From assembly GCF_001194135.2 (NCBI RefSeq), contig NC_068995.1:3749244-3794022 (forward strand): DNA of 44,779 nucleotides. The letters run 5' to 3'. Of the stretch, positions 22,459 to 34,784 are shown piece by piece. The translations under genes were made by a program, and so were the position numbers. This DNA is from Octopus bimaculoides (lineage: Eukaryota). The notes below the pieces were generated by a model that was not told the DNA's origin, searched no databases, and saw only the letters and a list, made by a program, of their open reading frames with translations. Position 1 is the first letter of the stretch, and each line of letters opens with the position of its first letter.

Positions 22459-22854
22459 CAGAGGTTCTCAATGTGGGGGGTATTGCTCCCAAAGGGGCCC
22501 TGGGCATGTCGAAAGGGCGGTGAAATAACAAAATTAACACACTAAAATTAACCTATCGTAATAATTATATTATACATGATAAAACTAGTAATGGTTATAA
22601 AAATTGAGATCTCATCAGGCACAAGGAAGCAATTAACTTGCAATGTATAAAGTAAATTTACAACTTTTGTCTTTGTTGATTTTTTTTATCATTTCACTGT
22701 TAAAAGCTTATAGAATCCATTTTTAGAATAAAAGTTATAGACTATCCTCCATGTTAAGTTAGTTTAGTTGCGCTACTTCACTTGCCACTTAGGTGGGCGC
22801 TAGGTACAACTACTTATAAGGGGACGCTGCCAAAAAAATGGTTAAGAACCATTG
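22459..22854. mobile_element. hAT (Charlie-type) MITE
   Basis: TIRs cagaggttctcaa / ttaagaaccattg; 8-bp TSD gtctaaat (22451-22458) and atctaaat (22855-22862), close to the NTCTARAN target preference. Confidence 0.88.
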
Positions 22855-22972
22855 ATCTAAATTATCATCAGGGCATTTTTGTTTTTATGCATTCCGTTAT
22901 ACATTTATGTATACTCAGCTGTTATATACTGGGTACGAAAAGTATTTGAGGGCATATTCAGTAACATATATA

Positions 22973-23139
22973 TACGACGGGCTTCTTCCAGTTTCCGTCT
23001 ACCAAATCCACTCTCAAGGCTTTGGTCAGCCCGAGGCTATAGTAGAAGACACCTGCCCACGGTGCCACGCAGTGGGACTGAACTCAGAACCATGTGGTTG
23101 GTAAGCAAGCTACTTACCACACAGCCACTCCTGCACCTA
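22973..23139 (-). mobile_element. SINE family A, 5' half, well preserved
   Basis: tacgacgggcttctt...ccgtctaccaaatccac...gaagacacctgccc...cacagccactcctgcacct. Confidence 0.93.
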
Positions 23140-24749
23140 CGTGTGTATATATATATATATATATATATATNNNNNNNNNNNNNNNNNNNNNNNNNNNNNN
23201 NNNNNNNNNNNNNNNNNNNNNNNNNNNNNNNNNNNNNNNNNNNNNNNNNNNNNNNNNNNNNNNNNNNNNNNNNNNNNNNNNNNNNNNNNNNNNNNNNNNN
23301 NNNNNNNNNNNNNNNNNNNNNNNNNNNNNNNNNNNNNNNNNNNNNNNNNNNNNNNNNNNNNNNNNNNNNNNNNNNNNNNNNNNNNNNNNNNNNNNNNNNN
23401 NNNNNNNNNNNNNNNNNNNNNNNNNNNNNNNNNNNNNNNNNNNNNNNNNNNNNNNNNNNNNNNNNNNNNNNNNNNNNNNNNNNNNNNNNNNNNNNNNNNN
23501 NNNNNNNNNNNNNNNNNNNNNNNNNNNNNNNNNNNNNNNNNNNNNNNNNNNNNNNNNNNNNNNNNNNNNNNNNNNNNNNNNNNTATATATATATATATAT
23601 ATATATATTCATGTATTGTTTACGATTGTTTGTTGTTTGATGGTTGTTGCTTTGTTGCTTGATGTATGATATTTTGATGTTTGAAATTCATCAAATTTGT
23701 TGTTTAATGCTTTGCTAGACTTAAAATAGATTGAAGAAAACAGATCTAGTTGAGGTGGAAAAGCCACGATGCAATACAGTTCTGCATCGGGAATAACATT
23801 TGATTTGAGAACTTTTACAACAGAGATTCTATGTCAGCCCATCCATTTGCCTTTTTATTTGTTAACATATCAATAATATTTCTGGTGTTTTTAATGAGCT
23901 AAAGTAAACTTTTATTGAAGTCAGAGCTAATATAATTTAGTGAGCAAGGAATTGTTATAATTCAAATTATACACGGTGTGAGATGATAGTAAAGAACATG
24001 AAAAAAGCCTTTATTTGCTTAATTATTTACTTTGACCGAGAAAGGTATGGGAGATAACCTCGAATTTCAAATTAATAAAAAGCTAATGAAGTGTTAGATT
24101 GGTAAACTTACTGTTATTCGAGATAGAATAGTTCCGACTGTACGGGTTTTCAATTATTGAATACCTTTTGTAGCGTTAGTTAATTTTTTTTATTAACGGC
24201 CATCTTGTATGATTAGATACAAAACTTATCTTCCTGTTTTATCAAAGTGTATTTATTTTAGAAGCATCGATAATGTTTTTCGATTTGTTACATACTATTC
24301 TAAATGTATCCATAAAAAATATAAATTATAATATTTTGAAGAACATACATTTTAATTATTCTGCTCTATGTGTTTCTATAAATCAATCGATTGAATGAAA
24401 AGCTACTTTACAAATAGGTACCGATGCAGCATTGACACGAATAGTCTTTTCGTTAATGCCAAAACTTGTCCATATTGAAATACATTTTTCTTGCTATAAT
24501 ATCGGAAAACATTTAAACATCAAAGGAAAGACACGATCAAATATAGAAACAGTATCAAAATTCGGGTTAATGTTTTTAAAAATATGAAATCCAAATATAA
24601 AATATTCGATAATTTTATTTTGAAAACTGACTACCAAAAAAAAAAAAATGCAGCTGGTTAAAATATCTTCTTCAGAAATAGATTACGTAAACCTACCGGT
24701 ACATTGTTATTGAGAACTCGTAAAATTCTATGAATCTACCAAAATATCA

Positions 24750-25092
24750 ATGAAACTGCTCGGTTGTATTGTTCTTGTATTATCAGTTATGTACGAGGCA
24801 GTACCTTGGTCTGATCTCATCGATGAAACAAACGAACAAAGAATTTACTATAACATTATACAAATGAAATCTTTCACCACGTAGATATTTCTTTCTACTT
24901 TCACAGACAAAACAATTCCATTTAAGTTCTTCACACATTAGGCAAAGTTATTTAATCGATATCGTCACTGAATTGCGGGTTACTGCCAAAATAACGTCAG
25001 AAGCTGTTATTAAACAGATCAAGTCACGGAGAGTGCGGAGCAAATGGAGAAATATCAAAGAAATCCTGAAATATTCGGCACTGTTTAATTGA
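24750..25092 (+). CDS. Speculative small secreted-peptide ORF (44 aa unspliced, or 78 aa if a 24801-24906 intron is removed)
   Basis: ATG at 24750 gives MKLLGCIVLVLSVMYEAVPWSDLIDETNEQRIYYNIIQMKSFTT* (signal-peptide-like start). A strong acceptor tttctttctacttttcacag at 24906 opens an in-phase 61-codon frame; the donor GCA|GTACCT is weak. No homology recognised. Confidence 0.12.
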
Positions 25093-25517
25093 CAGATTTT
25101 GAATATGAATCGACTTTAATAAGTAAATCATAAAAAGCAGCTCCCTGATGGAAATCGATTACAAATGAAAAAGAATTGGGGGCGGAACATTCTCGACAAA
25201 TATTTCTATTCATAATTTTTCTTACGCGTGTACAAAAGAAAATACGCCAAAGAATCTACGTTCAATAAATGGCTTTCTGAAACAACATAACAAGCGTATC
25301 GCGGTCATCCATTTATGTAGAATAATTTATGTTTAGTAAGTGACTGAATTATTGGGACACTGATGAAGTGTCTTTAGATTCATGATTGGTAGTCTTGTCA
25401 AGGAGCAGCACAGAATATGAACTCTTCATCGATATGTAACGAATTATACATCTATCAATATTTTATAGGTAACGAATTATAAATTACATACTTTAATGTT
25501 AATATGTTATATTGTAA

Positions 25518-25685
25518 CAAGCTGGCAGAATTTTTACGCCTCCGGAAAAAAATGATCTGCGGCATTTCTTCCGACTTTACGTCCTGAATTCAAATGCCAA
25601 CGAGTCGACTTCGTCTTTCATCCTTTCGGGGTCGACAAAATAAGCACCAGCTGGGCACTGAGGTCGATGTCATCGACTTGACCCC
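25518..25685 (+). mobile_element. SINE family B
   Basis: aagctggcagaat...gaattcaaatg...ctttcatcctttcggggtcgacaaaataagcaccag...gtcgatgtcatcgact. Confidence 0.87.
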
Positions 25686-25789
25686 AGTTTATTTAGCCTC
25701 AGGATACACACACACAAAAACATACATACATACATACATACATACATACATAATACATACATGCATTCATACATACATACATGCATATA

Positions 25790-25957
25790 TGTACGACGGG
25801 CTTCTTTCAGTTTCCGTCTACCAAATCCACTCACAAGGCTTTAGTCAGCCTGAGGCTATAGTAGAAGAAACTTGCCCAAGGTGCCACGCAGTGGGACTGA
25901 ACCCGGAACCATGTGGCTGGAAAGCAAGCTACTTACCACACAACCACTCCTGCGCCT
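25790..25957 (-). mobile_element. SINE family A, 5' half
   Basis: tacgacgggcttctttcagtttccgtctacc...gtgggactgaacccggaacc...ccactcctgcgcct. Confidence 0.93.
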
Positions 25958-26068
25958 AAATGAAAGGTAAAGTCGAACTCAGCGGAAATTGAACTCAGAA
26001 CGTAAGAACGGATGAAATGCCGCTAAGCGTTCTGTCCGGTTTGCTAACGATTCTACCAGTTCGCCGCT
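25958..26068 (-). mobile_element. SINE family B head, cut off by the adjacent A copy
   Basis: atgaaaggtaaagtcgaactcagcggaaattgaactcagaacgtaag...gctaacgattctaccagttcgccgct. Confidence 0.88.
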
Positions 26069-26429
26069 ATCTCTAATATATTTTCATTACCATTAGCAAC
26101 TTTCCAACTTATATTTCCTCCGTAAATCTTTAACATCCATCATAATCACACTTTGGCACGTGTTTCTTATTTCGTCGCCTTTCTGATCCCTTTTTATCGA
26201 AGAAAGTATTTTTGAAAAAGCTTTCTTTGAGATGATTCTTTGAAGATATTTTAAGCATAAAAAACAAAAATTTATGGAAAACCCCACAACAAAGCATCGA
26301 CGTGGATACACTTCTTTTTTGAATAGTTTTCTATTAACAGTTTTTTTTTTAGTAAAAATTGTTAAAATAGTTTTAGGGAGATCATTCAAGAAATTCTTCT
26401 TTTTCACTAAATATTGGCTCTTCTTATTA

Positions 26430-26600
26430 AAGCGGCGAGCTGGCAGAATCGTTAACATTTCGTCCGTCTTTAAGCCCTCACTTTAAATAGCACCGAGGTC
26501 GACTTTGCTTTTCATCCTTTCGGGGTCAATAAAATGAATGACACTTGAGTACTGGGATCGTTGAATTCGCCTTGCTCATTCCCCTAAAATTTGAGACTTT
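26430..26600 (+). mobile_element. SINE family B
   Basis: aagcggcgagctggcagaatcgttaac...ccgaggtcgactttgcttttcatcctttcggggtcaataaaat. Confidence 0.87.
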
Positions 26601-26892
26601 NNNNNNNNNNNNNNNNNNNNNNNNNNNNNNNNNNNNNNNNNNNNNNNNNNNNNNNNNNNNNNNNNNNNNNNNNNNNNNNNNNNNNNNNNNNNNNNNNNNN
26701 NNNNNNNNNNNNNNNNNNNNNNNNNNNNNNNNNNNNNNNNNNNNNNNNNNNNNNNNNNNNNNNNNNNNNNNNNNNNNNNNNNNNNNNNNNNNNNNNNNNN
26801 NNNNNNNCATCATCATCATCAGAATTTAAATGAGTTCATTATCGTTATCATCATTTTAATTAACTTTATTTCTATATTTAATAGTATTCTCT

Positions 26893-26954
<62 letters not shown>

Positions 26955-27122
26955 GCGCGCTCTCTATTGCCATGTTTCACTAATTTTTGCATCATTTATC
27001 ATCATCATCCTTATTACAATTACTATTATTATTATTATTGTTATTATTCATCTTTCTACGGAATGTATTACTGACAGCATTTCTTTCTTTCGTCCTCGAT
27101 TGTGCTTTTCTGCATTTCATTT

Positions 27123-27172
<50 letters not shown>

Positions 27173-27182
27173 GCTGCTGCTG

Positions 27183-27243
<61 letters not shown>
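27123..27243. repeat. Compound (CTA)n(CTG)4(CTA)n microsatellite
   Basis: Direct inspection. Confidence 0.97.
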
Positions 27244-27374
27244 AAGCCGTCTCAACACACATTAATTTATTCTCCAATATTTTATAGTTTAGTTTTTCCT
27301 CCTCCCCACTCAAATTGTTGTATACAAATATATATATATAAAGCTTTATGAATTGTCTGTCTCTGGATGGTGTG

Positions 27375-27500
27375 GGAACGGCAGACAGGTTAGGACGCCA
27401 GACCGAAGGCTGAATATTATTTAATTATTTATTATCTCTGTGTTCAAATTCTGCCAGAGTTGTCCTTTCATTTAATCACACCTTGGCCTATAAAATAAAT
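27375..27500 (+). mobile_element. Highly decayed SINE family B
   Basis: ggcagacaggttaggacgccag...tgtgttcaaattctgccagag...cctttcatt. Confidence 0.45.
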
Positions 27501-27715
27501 ATCAATCATAAACTGTAGTCTTGTGCTGAAGTACAAAATCGATAATTCTCTAAATGAAAATTCTCAGTCGCCAACTGAACACATACATATATACATACAC
27601 ATCTTTCTGTACACACACACACACACACGCACATATATATATACATATACCCACACACGTGCATGTGTATCTATCTATCTATCTATCTATATATATATAT
27701 ATACCCATACACGTG

Positions 27716-27793
<78 letters not shown>

Positions 27794-28474
27794 TACATAT
27801 ATACACGTGTGTGGGTGGGTGGATGTATCTCTCTCTCTCTCTATATATATATATATAAATATAAATATATATTTATATATTTATATATATATGTATTCAA
27901 GTATTTATGTTTCAATCATTCTTAATAATGTTTGACTTACGTCTATTTGATCTTCGTCTTATCAACCCACGGCGTCTCATAAAATACGGAACATTTTAGT
28001 TGAAGCTCCGATATGTTCACGGTAATTTTGTTCGCTTCAGAAGCCATTAAACCTGTCTGTTTATTACAAACATCAAAGTTTTGGACGTTTATAACACAAG
28101 TTCAATAAAGGACAGGTTTTCACCTCCATAAATCTAAAACTCTGTCGCCATTTGTCTCCACACAATCACAAATGTTATAAGAGACAATTAGATACAGTTC
28201 AGCAGACGAGGAAAAACGTAACACATCAGAGCTTCTTCTGATACCTTCTCTGTAAACAACCCGTTTAAAGTAGATGCTAACCTTCTTCGATGAAAGTATA
28301 AATCTAGCGGGACATTTTACCAGCCTTTATTTTTTTTAAATTCGAAAAAAAAAAAAAAAAGGTTCAAAGAGAATCACATTATTTTGATCTTATGATATTG
28401 AAATTAACTTTTAAATGTCACGGGTCAGTTTCTAGCAGCCGCAGCAGCAGCGGCGGTTGTAGTTGTAGTAGAAG

Positions 28475-28866
28475 CTGTTGGCACTCCGTCGCTTACGACG
28501 TCGAGGGTTCCAGTTGATCCAATCAACGGAACAGCTTGCTCGTGAAATTAACGTACAAGTGGCTGAGCACTCCACAGACACGTGTATCCTTAAACGTAGT
28601 TCTCAGGGATATTCAGCGTGACACAGAGTGTGACAAGGCTGACCCTTTGAAGAATTACAGGCACAACAGAAACAGGAAGTAAGAGTGAGAGAAAGTTGTG
28701 GTGAAAGAGTACAGCAGGGTTCGCCACCATCCCCTGCCGGAGCCTCGTGGAGCTTTAGGTGGTGTTTTCGCTCAATAAACACTCACAACGCCCGGTCTGG
28801 GAATCGAAACCGCGATCCTATGACCGCGAGTCCGCTGCCCTAACCACTGGGCCATAGCGCCTCCAC
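28475..28866 (-). mobile_element. Full-length tRNA-Arg-like SINE (family C; likely an octopus OR-type SINE)
   Basis: Minus-strand head gtggaggcgctatggcccagtggttagggcagcggactcgcggtcataggatcgcggtttcgattccc with A and B boxes and TCG in the anticodon-like loop; about 390 bp; flanked on both sides by tgtagtag. Confidence 0.88.
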
Positions 28867-29460
28867 TGTAGTAGTAGTAGTAGTAGTAGTTGAAAAATTT
28901 AGCAATGCTCGCAATTTAAATATATTATTTAGAATAGGGCTCCTATAAGTTTCTAAATTTCTCATATATCTATTCACTTTTCGAAATCACTTTGAACGCT
29001 TCTTAAAAAAGCAACTTCTTATTAAGAATAAAATATCAAATTTTCTTAAAAGAAAGCATCTTATTACTCTTTATTAATTAACCTTTAATTAAGGTAAACC
29101 ATAATTAGTATACCTTCATATTAATGTAAATTATAATGTTATAAAGTGTTAATTGAGTAAATTGCAAGAATTTATCATAAGTGAAGAATCATTTGTTCTC
29201 ATTAAATCAAAGAAAAACGGTAACAACCTCTAAATTATAAAATTCAAATAAAGATATCTTTAATATTCGGTTGAACGATATTAATCTCCTCTCTCTCTCC
29301 TCTCTCTCTCCTCTCTCTCTCTCCTTCTCTCTCTCTCCTCTCTCTCTCCTCTCTCCTCTCTCTCCCTCTCTCGTATATATATATGTATGTATATTCATAT
29401 ATATTTTGTGTGTGTGTGTATATATATGTATATATATGTATATATATGTATATATATATA

Positions 29461-30253
29461 GAGAAAATGAAAGTAAATTTCATGTTTCGACCAGTTTCTT
29501 CAAACGGCCAGGGATGGAATGAACAACCTTCTGAAGGGTGTTGTCTGGGATATCTTTGAGAACTTCCTGAATCCATGTCCCCAAGTCCACCAGTGTGCGA
29601 GGTTTTGACTTGTACACCACTTCTTTTGTGTAACCACACAGATAAAAAAAAATCACATGGAGTGAGATCTGGACATCTTGGAGCTCTGGACTTCTGGACT
29701 TCTGCAGTCACAGTCTTCAGGTTTTAGCCCCTACACGTAATGGGGTTTCCACGGTCGAAAATTCAATTCTTTATGCAACACCGTACGTATTGTGTATCTT
29801 GTTAGTTCACTTTTACGAGTTGCTTGACGTGTTGATTTTTGAAGTCTGTGATTAAACATTTCCTGCACTGTTGCCACGTCCTCCACTAATCGAGATGTGG
29901 TTTGATGGCCAATTCTTTTTGCATCATTCTCAGTGTCCGTGGTCATCAGCTTTGCATGACAATTTTTTATTGTCTCCGGATGCAGTATTCGATGCTTACC
30001 TCTCCATGCATGCCACTATCTCTGAACCAAAACAATTGAATTCCACACTTCATAACATGCTGCTATCTTAGCTCGCTCCTGAACAGTCAAGTGACCGGTC
30101 ATCTGGAAAATAAGAAATACGAAATAAGACAATAAGAAAATAGAAAATCCCCATTAGTGTTGTCTGGTTTAAAACATGTTTTCGTCATGACTCCAGCGAC
30201 ACTAAAATTTCTATAAGCAATTTCTAATACCTAGTTACTTTTCACCCACCCTG
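29461..30253 (-). mobile_element. Internally deleted Tc1/mariner-superfamily (D,D(D) type, CAGGGTG terminus) transposon relic
   Basis: Terminus TA-cagggtgggtgaaaagtaac at 30255-30234. ATG at 30102 gives MTGHLTVQERAKIAACYEVWNSIVLVQR*...KSTRQATRKSELTRYTIRTVLHKELNFRPWKPHYV*GLKPEDC joined directly to PRCPDLTPCDFFL (SPDLTP motif) and, after a frameshift, KEVVYKSKPRTLVDL...IPGRLKKLVET. The catalytic middle and the other TIR are missing. Confidence 0.9.
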
Positions 30254-31929
30254 TATATTGTGTTTTTAACTGCATGTATGTATGTATGTATGTATGTATG
30301 TATGTATGTATGTATGTATCCTGTATGTATTCAACAAACTTCCCTTTAAAGATAACACTCCGCCTCTCCTACCAATCTCTTTTCCGACATCTTCTTCTTT
30401 ACAACCAGCAACTCGCTCTTTATGTTTCCCTTCATTCTAATTAGTTTTGTATCTACTTCCGGCTCGTAATTTTTAACTTCATTTACGCCGGCCATTACAT
30501 TCGACTTCTCTGGAGGTTCTTCGCCCAAAACTTATAAATCCTTCATTCCTTACGGCAACCAAACTTACTGACACCTGCAAACGCTCACAGGATTTTAACG
30601 ATAATTCATACCTATTCAGTATCTCTATAAATAGAAAAAGCATCGCGAAAAAATATGTGAAATCTAATAAAACATTAATAGGCTGCATTGTATATATATA
30701 TATATATATATNNNNNNNNNNNNNNNNNNNNNNNNNNNNNNNNNNNNNNNNNNNNNNNNNNNNNNNNNNNNNNNNNNNNNNNNNNNNNNNNNNNNNNNNN
30801 NNNNNNNNNNNNNNNNNNNNNNNNNNNNNNNNNNNNNNNNNNNNNNNNNNNNNNNNNNNNNNNNNNNNNNNNNNNNNNNNNNNNNNNNNNNNNNNNNNNN
30901 NNNNNNNNNNNNNNNNNNNNNNNNNNNNNNNNNNNNNNNNNNNNNNNNNNNNNNNNNNNNNNNNNNNNNNNNNNNNNNNNNNNNNNNNNNNNNNNNNNNN
31001 NNNNNNNNNNNNNNNNNNNNNNNNNNNNNNNNNNNNNNNNNNNNNNNNNNNNNNNNNNNNNNNNNNNNNNNNNNNNNNNNNNNNNNNNNNNNNNNNNNNN
31101 NNNNNNNNNNNNNNNNNNNNNNNNNNNNNNNNNNNNNNNNNNNNNNNNNNNNNNNNNNNNNNNNNNNNNNNNNNNNNNNNNNNNNNNNNNNNNNNNNNNN
31201 NNNNNNNNNNNNNNNNTATATGTATATAAATACACACACGCGCATAAATCGGTCGTTTAGTCGTACACCTCATCACCTTTTGAAATAAATCTAAACAATT
31301 GAAGCAGGCAGTTATTTATATACATCATTCCTTAAGCAATTTTTTTTGTGGTTTCATATTTAAATATAGCAACATTCGCATTGAACCTTTTTTTATGTTG
31401 TTTGTGTTACACAATGTAAGAATTAATCTTGTCAGGCACTAAATCACAATGGTAGCATTTCATTGAAAAAATCTTTACTCTTCGTGTTGTTTTGTTCTTT
31501 CAGTTTTCCTTATATGCTAGGCCAAGTTGTTTATTCACCTGATTCTTATCAAGAAGTAAACATCATTGAAATATAACAGGTATACTTTCCATATCTAACT
31601 ACTTCTGGTCGTTGAACAAAAACAAGAGATTTACATTTTGTTCACGCCTCGTCTTATTTTGCACTGTATGCTGCTTGTTTACATGTCTGCTGCTCTATCT
31701 GGTGAATGTTGGTATTTAAGTAAAATAACCGATGCCAAATTAAAAATTTGCTATATTTAAAAAATCTTTAGGATTTCTAGAATCGGATTATTAGCATGAC
31801 ACGCGGGAAATATTTTTCATAGATTCGTAAAATTATATTAAAAAAATGTTCGTCAGAAATTTGACAATGATCAGAAAAATATTAATGAAAATCATTTGAT
31901 ACATACATATATACTTACACACACGCACA

Positions 31930-32040
31930 CTCGGCCCGGGGTTATAGTTGAGGACACTTGCATAACGAGCCATATAGTGAGATGGAATCCGGAAGCATGT
32001 AATTGGGAAGCAAACTTCTCACCGCACAGTCACGACAGGC
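31930..32040 (-). mobile_element. Decayed SINE family A head
   Basis: ctcggcccggggttatagttgaggacacttgc...gaatccggaagcatg...aagcaaacttctcaccgcacag. Confidence 0.65.
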
Positions 32041-32097
32041 GTACACACATACACACAAAGGAAAATCACACACACACACACACACACACACGTACAT

Positions 32098-32139
<42 letters not shown>

Positions 32140-33088
32140 NNNNNNNNNNNNNNNNNNNNNNNNNNNNNNNNNNNNNNNNNNNNNNNNNNNNNNNNNNNNN
32201 NNNNNNNNNNNNNNNNNNNNNNNNNNNNNNNNNNNNNNNNNNNNNNNNNNNNNNNNNNNNNNNNNNNNNNNNNNNNNNNNNNNNNNNNNNNNNNNNNNNN
32301 NNNNNNNNNNNNNNNNNNNNNNNNNNNNNNNNNNNNNNNNNNNNNNNNNNNNNNNNNNNNNNNNNNNNNNNNNNNNNNNNNNNNNNNNNNNNNNNNNNNN
32401 NNNNNNNNNNNNNNNNNNNNNNNNNNNNNNNNNNNNNNNNNNNNNNNNNNNNNNNNNNNNNNNNNNNNNNNNNNNNNNNNNNNNNNNNNNNNNNNNNNNN
32501 NNNNNNNNNNNNNNNNNNNNNNNNNNNNNNNNNNNNNNNNNNNNNNNNNNNNNNNNNNNNNNNNNNNNNNNNNNNNNNNNNNNNNNNNNNNNNNNNNNNN
32601 NNNNNNNNNNNNNNNNNNNNNNNNNNNNNNNNNNNNNNNNNNNNNNNNNNNNNNNNNNNNNNNNNNNNNNNNNNNNNNNNNNNNNNNNNNNNNNNNNNNN
32701 NNNNNNNNNNNNNNNNNNNNNNNNNNNNNNNNNNNNNNNNNNNNNNNNNNNNNNNNNNNNNNNNNNNNNNNNNNNNNNNNNNNNNNNNNNNNNNNNNNNN
32801 NNNNNNNNNNNNNNNNNNNNNNNNNNNNNNNNNNNNNNNNNNNNNNNNNNNNNNNNNNNNNNNNNNNNNNNNNNNNNNNNNNNNNNNNNNNNNNNNNNNN
32901 NNNNNNTGGGATGGAGAAAAAGAAAGAGAATGAGTGAGAGAGGAAGAGAGTGAAAAAAGAGAGAGATTAGAGTGAGATTGAGAGAGAAGGGTGCAGTGTG
33001 AGTGAGAGGAACTTGAGAGGTAAACAGAGAGGAAGAGAAGAAGTCTGCGGGTGTGTGTGTGTGTGAGAGAGAGGGAGAGAGAGAGAGA

Positions 33089-33520
33089 GAGAGCAGGGAT
33101 GAGAAAAAGAGGTAAAGAAAGACAGGAAGAGAGATGGAGGGACGGAGAGACGGAGGTAGAAGATAATGAGAGAGGGAAAGAAAGAGGGAGAAAGAGAGAG
33201 AGAAAGAGACAGAGGGAGAGAAAGAAAAAAGAGAGGCTGAAAGAGTGAGATTCTAAGAAGAGAGAGAGTGAGAGAGAGTGAGAGAGAGATAGAGAGAGGG
33301 AGAAAAAGAAGGAGAGAGAGCAGGGATGAGAAAAAGAGGTAAAGAAAGACAGGAAAAGAGATGGAGAGACGGTGAAAGAAGATAATGAGATAGGGAAAGA
33401 GAGACAGAGGGGGAGAAAGAAAAAAGAGAGGCTGAAAGGGTGGGAGAGTGAGAGAGAAGGAAAGAGTTAGAGAATGAAAGAGATAAAGAGAGGCTGAAAG
33501 AGTGGTATTCTAAGAAGAGA
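33089..33520 (+). repeat. About 225-bp tandem duplication inside GA-rich sequence
   Basis: gagagcagggatgagaaaaagaggtaaagaaagacagga... at about 33089 and 33316; gaggctgaaagagtg...attctaagaagag also duplicated. Confidence 0.85.
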
Positions 33521-34261
33521 GAGAGAGAGAGAGCATAGGCAATAAAAATGCAATCAAGAATGAATGGAAGCTCAGAAAGGCCAAAATTAAAATGAACAAA
33601 ACTATTAAAAATCGCAGATCTAAGGAAACGGGGCCTCTGAGTTGATACCAAAAGGAGGGCAGAGAATGGAGATTCATGAAAAATTCAACACGAGACGATA
33701 TTAAAGCAAGCGTTTATTATTTTTTTGTTGTTGTCAAGATTGCGCAATAGTAAAGCCTCTACAACTTGTAATAAACACACTTCTCAATATTTTAACTTGA
33801 TTATATGATAATTTTGTGATACGTTTAAGTAGAATTAACATATTTGTCGTCGTTAATTTTGGTATGGATACTAGCATTGTTTAGTAGGCGCGATGCTTGT
33901 TTTTATGAGTATAAATTTTATGATTAGTAAAACTTAATTAAGAGCAACTGATATTCAAAGACATACTAATTAGCAGAAATCTAAGGAACTCGGTTGATTC
34001 ATATTCATGCGATTGCAGATTTATCGGCTTATTAACCTCGTTTTCTGTATATATTTAAAATATTTGCTTATGTATTTTATATCACTTGTTAATCACCACC
34101 AAAGGTGAATATTACTGTCTAACAGTAGAATGCAGAAGGAAGTAGCGGTAACTTCGTGCAGAGCAATTATAATAGGGGATTTCGTTCGGAGAAAACCGAT
34201 TCTTCGTTTTTGATCCCAGTGCTTACATATTTCGATGACCTACATACACACATATAAACAC

Positions 34262-34425
<164 letters not shown>

Positions 34426-34521
34426 ATACGACGTGTATTCTATAAGTTTTAAGACTTTCAGGAGAGGTAGTTACAATTGTTTCTTATTGGTATTTTAGTA
34501 TATCATTAGTACACATAATCG

Positions 34522-34600
34522 TGTCGGTGCAATGGCCTAGTGGTTAGGGCAGCGGTCATAGGATTACAGTTTCGATATCCCGATGGTGGTGGTAAGTGTT
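34522..34600 (+). mobile_element. Truncated family C SINE head
   Basis: caatggcctagtggttagggcagcggtcataggattacagtttcgatatccc matches the 28866 head with the anticodon-like segment deleted. Confidence 0.75.
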
Positions 34601-34784
34601 TTTTGTTCTTTTATGTTTTAAATTGACTGTAGCGTATGCTTTTTTAGAATATCAAACAATAATATATATTAATTTGGCTAGTTTGTTGAAATATCAATAT
34701 ATTTGTTGGATTTTTTTGTTAATGTATTCATATCTATAATATGAGTTGTATCTATAATTGCAGAAACTCAACTCATATATATAG

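Noticed and set aside
19493-22805. Partial CTCF-like strings at about 19495 (aggtggcgctg), 20965 (gtggcgcta) and 22790 (ccacttaggtgggcgcta)
   Set aside because: Only half the core matches, or indels are needed.
26093-26486. Overlapping 121-aa and 70-aa ORFs
   Set aside because: K/F-rich translations of A/T runs that start within a SINE head; no coding features.
26987-27351. Poly-L/T/V/S/Y ORFs, and similar poly-N/Q/D ORFs at 12574, 39171 and 41527
   Set aside because: Translations of trinucleotide microsatellites, open in several frames on both strands, with no flanking coding signal.
28790-28866. tRNA gene call for the family C head (also family A and B heads)
   Set aside because: No acceptor stem closure; the sequence continues into a SINE body, so these are tRNA-derived SINE heads and not tRNA genes.
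30346-30528. 60-aa minus-strand ORF (GEEPPEKSNV...)
   Set aside because: Starts at TTG after an in-frame stop, with no recognisable motif or splice context; could be an unidentified TE fragment, and a blastx would settle it.
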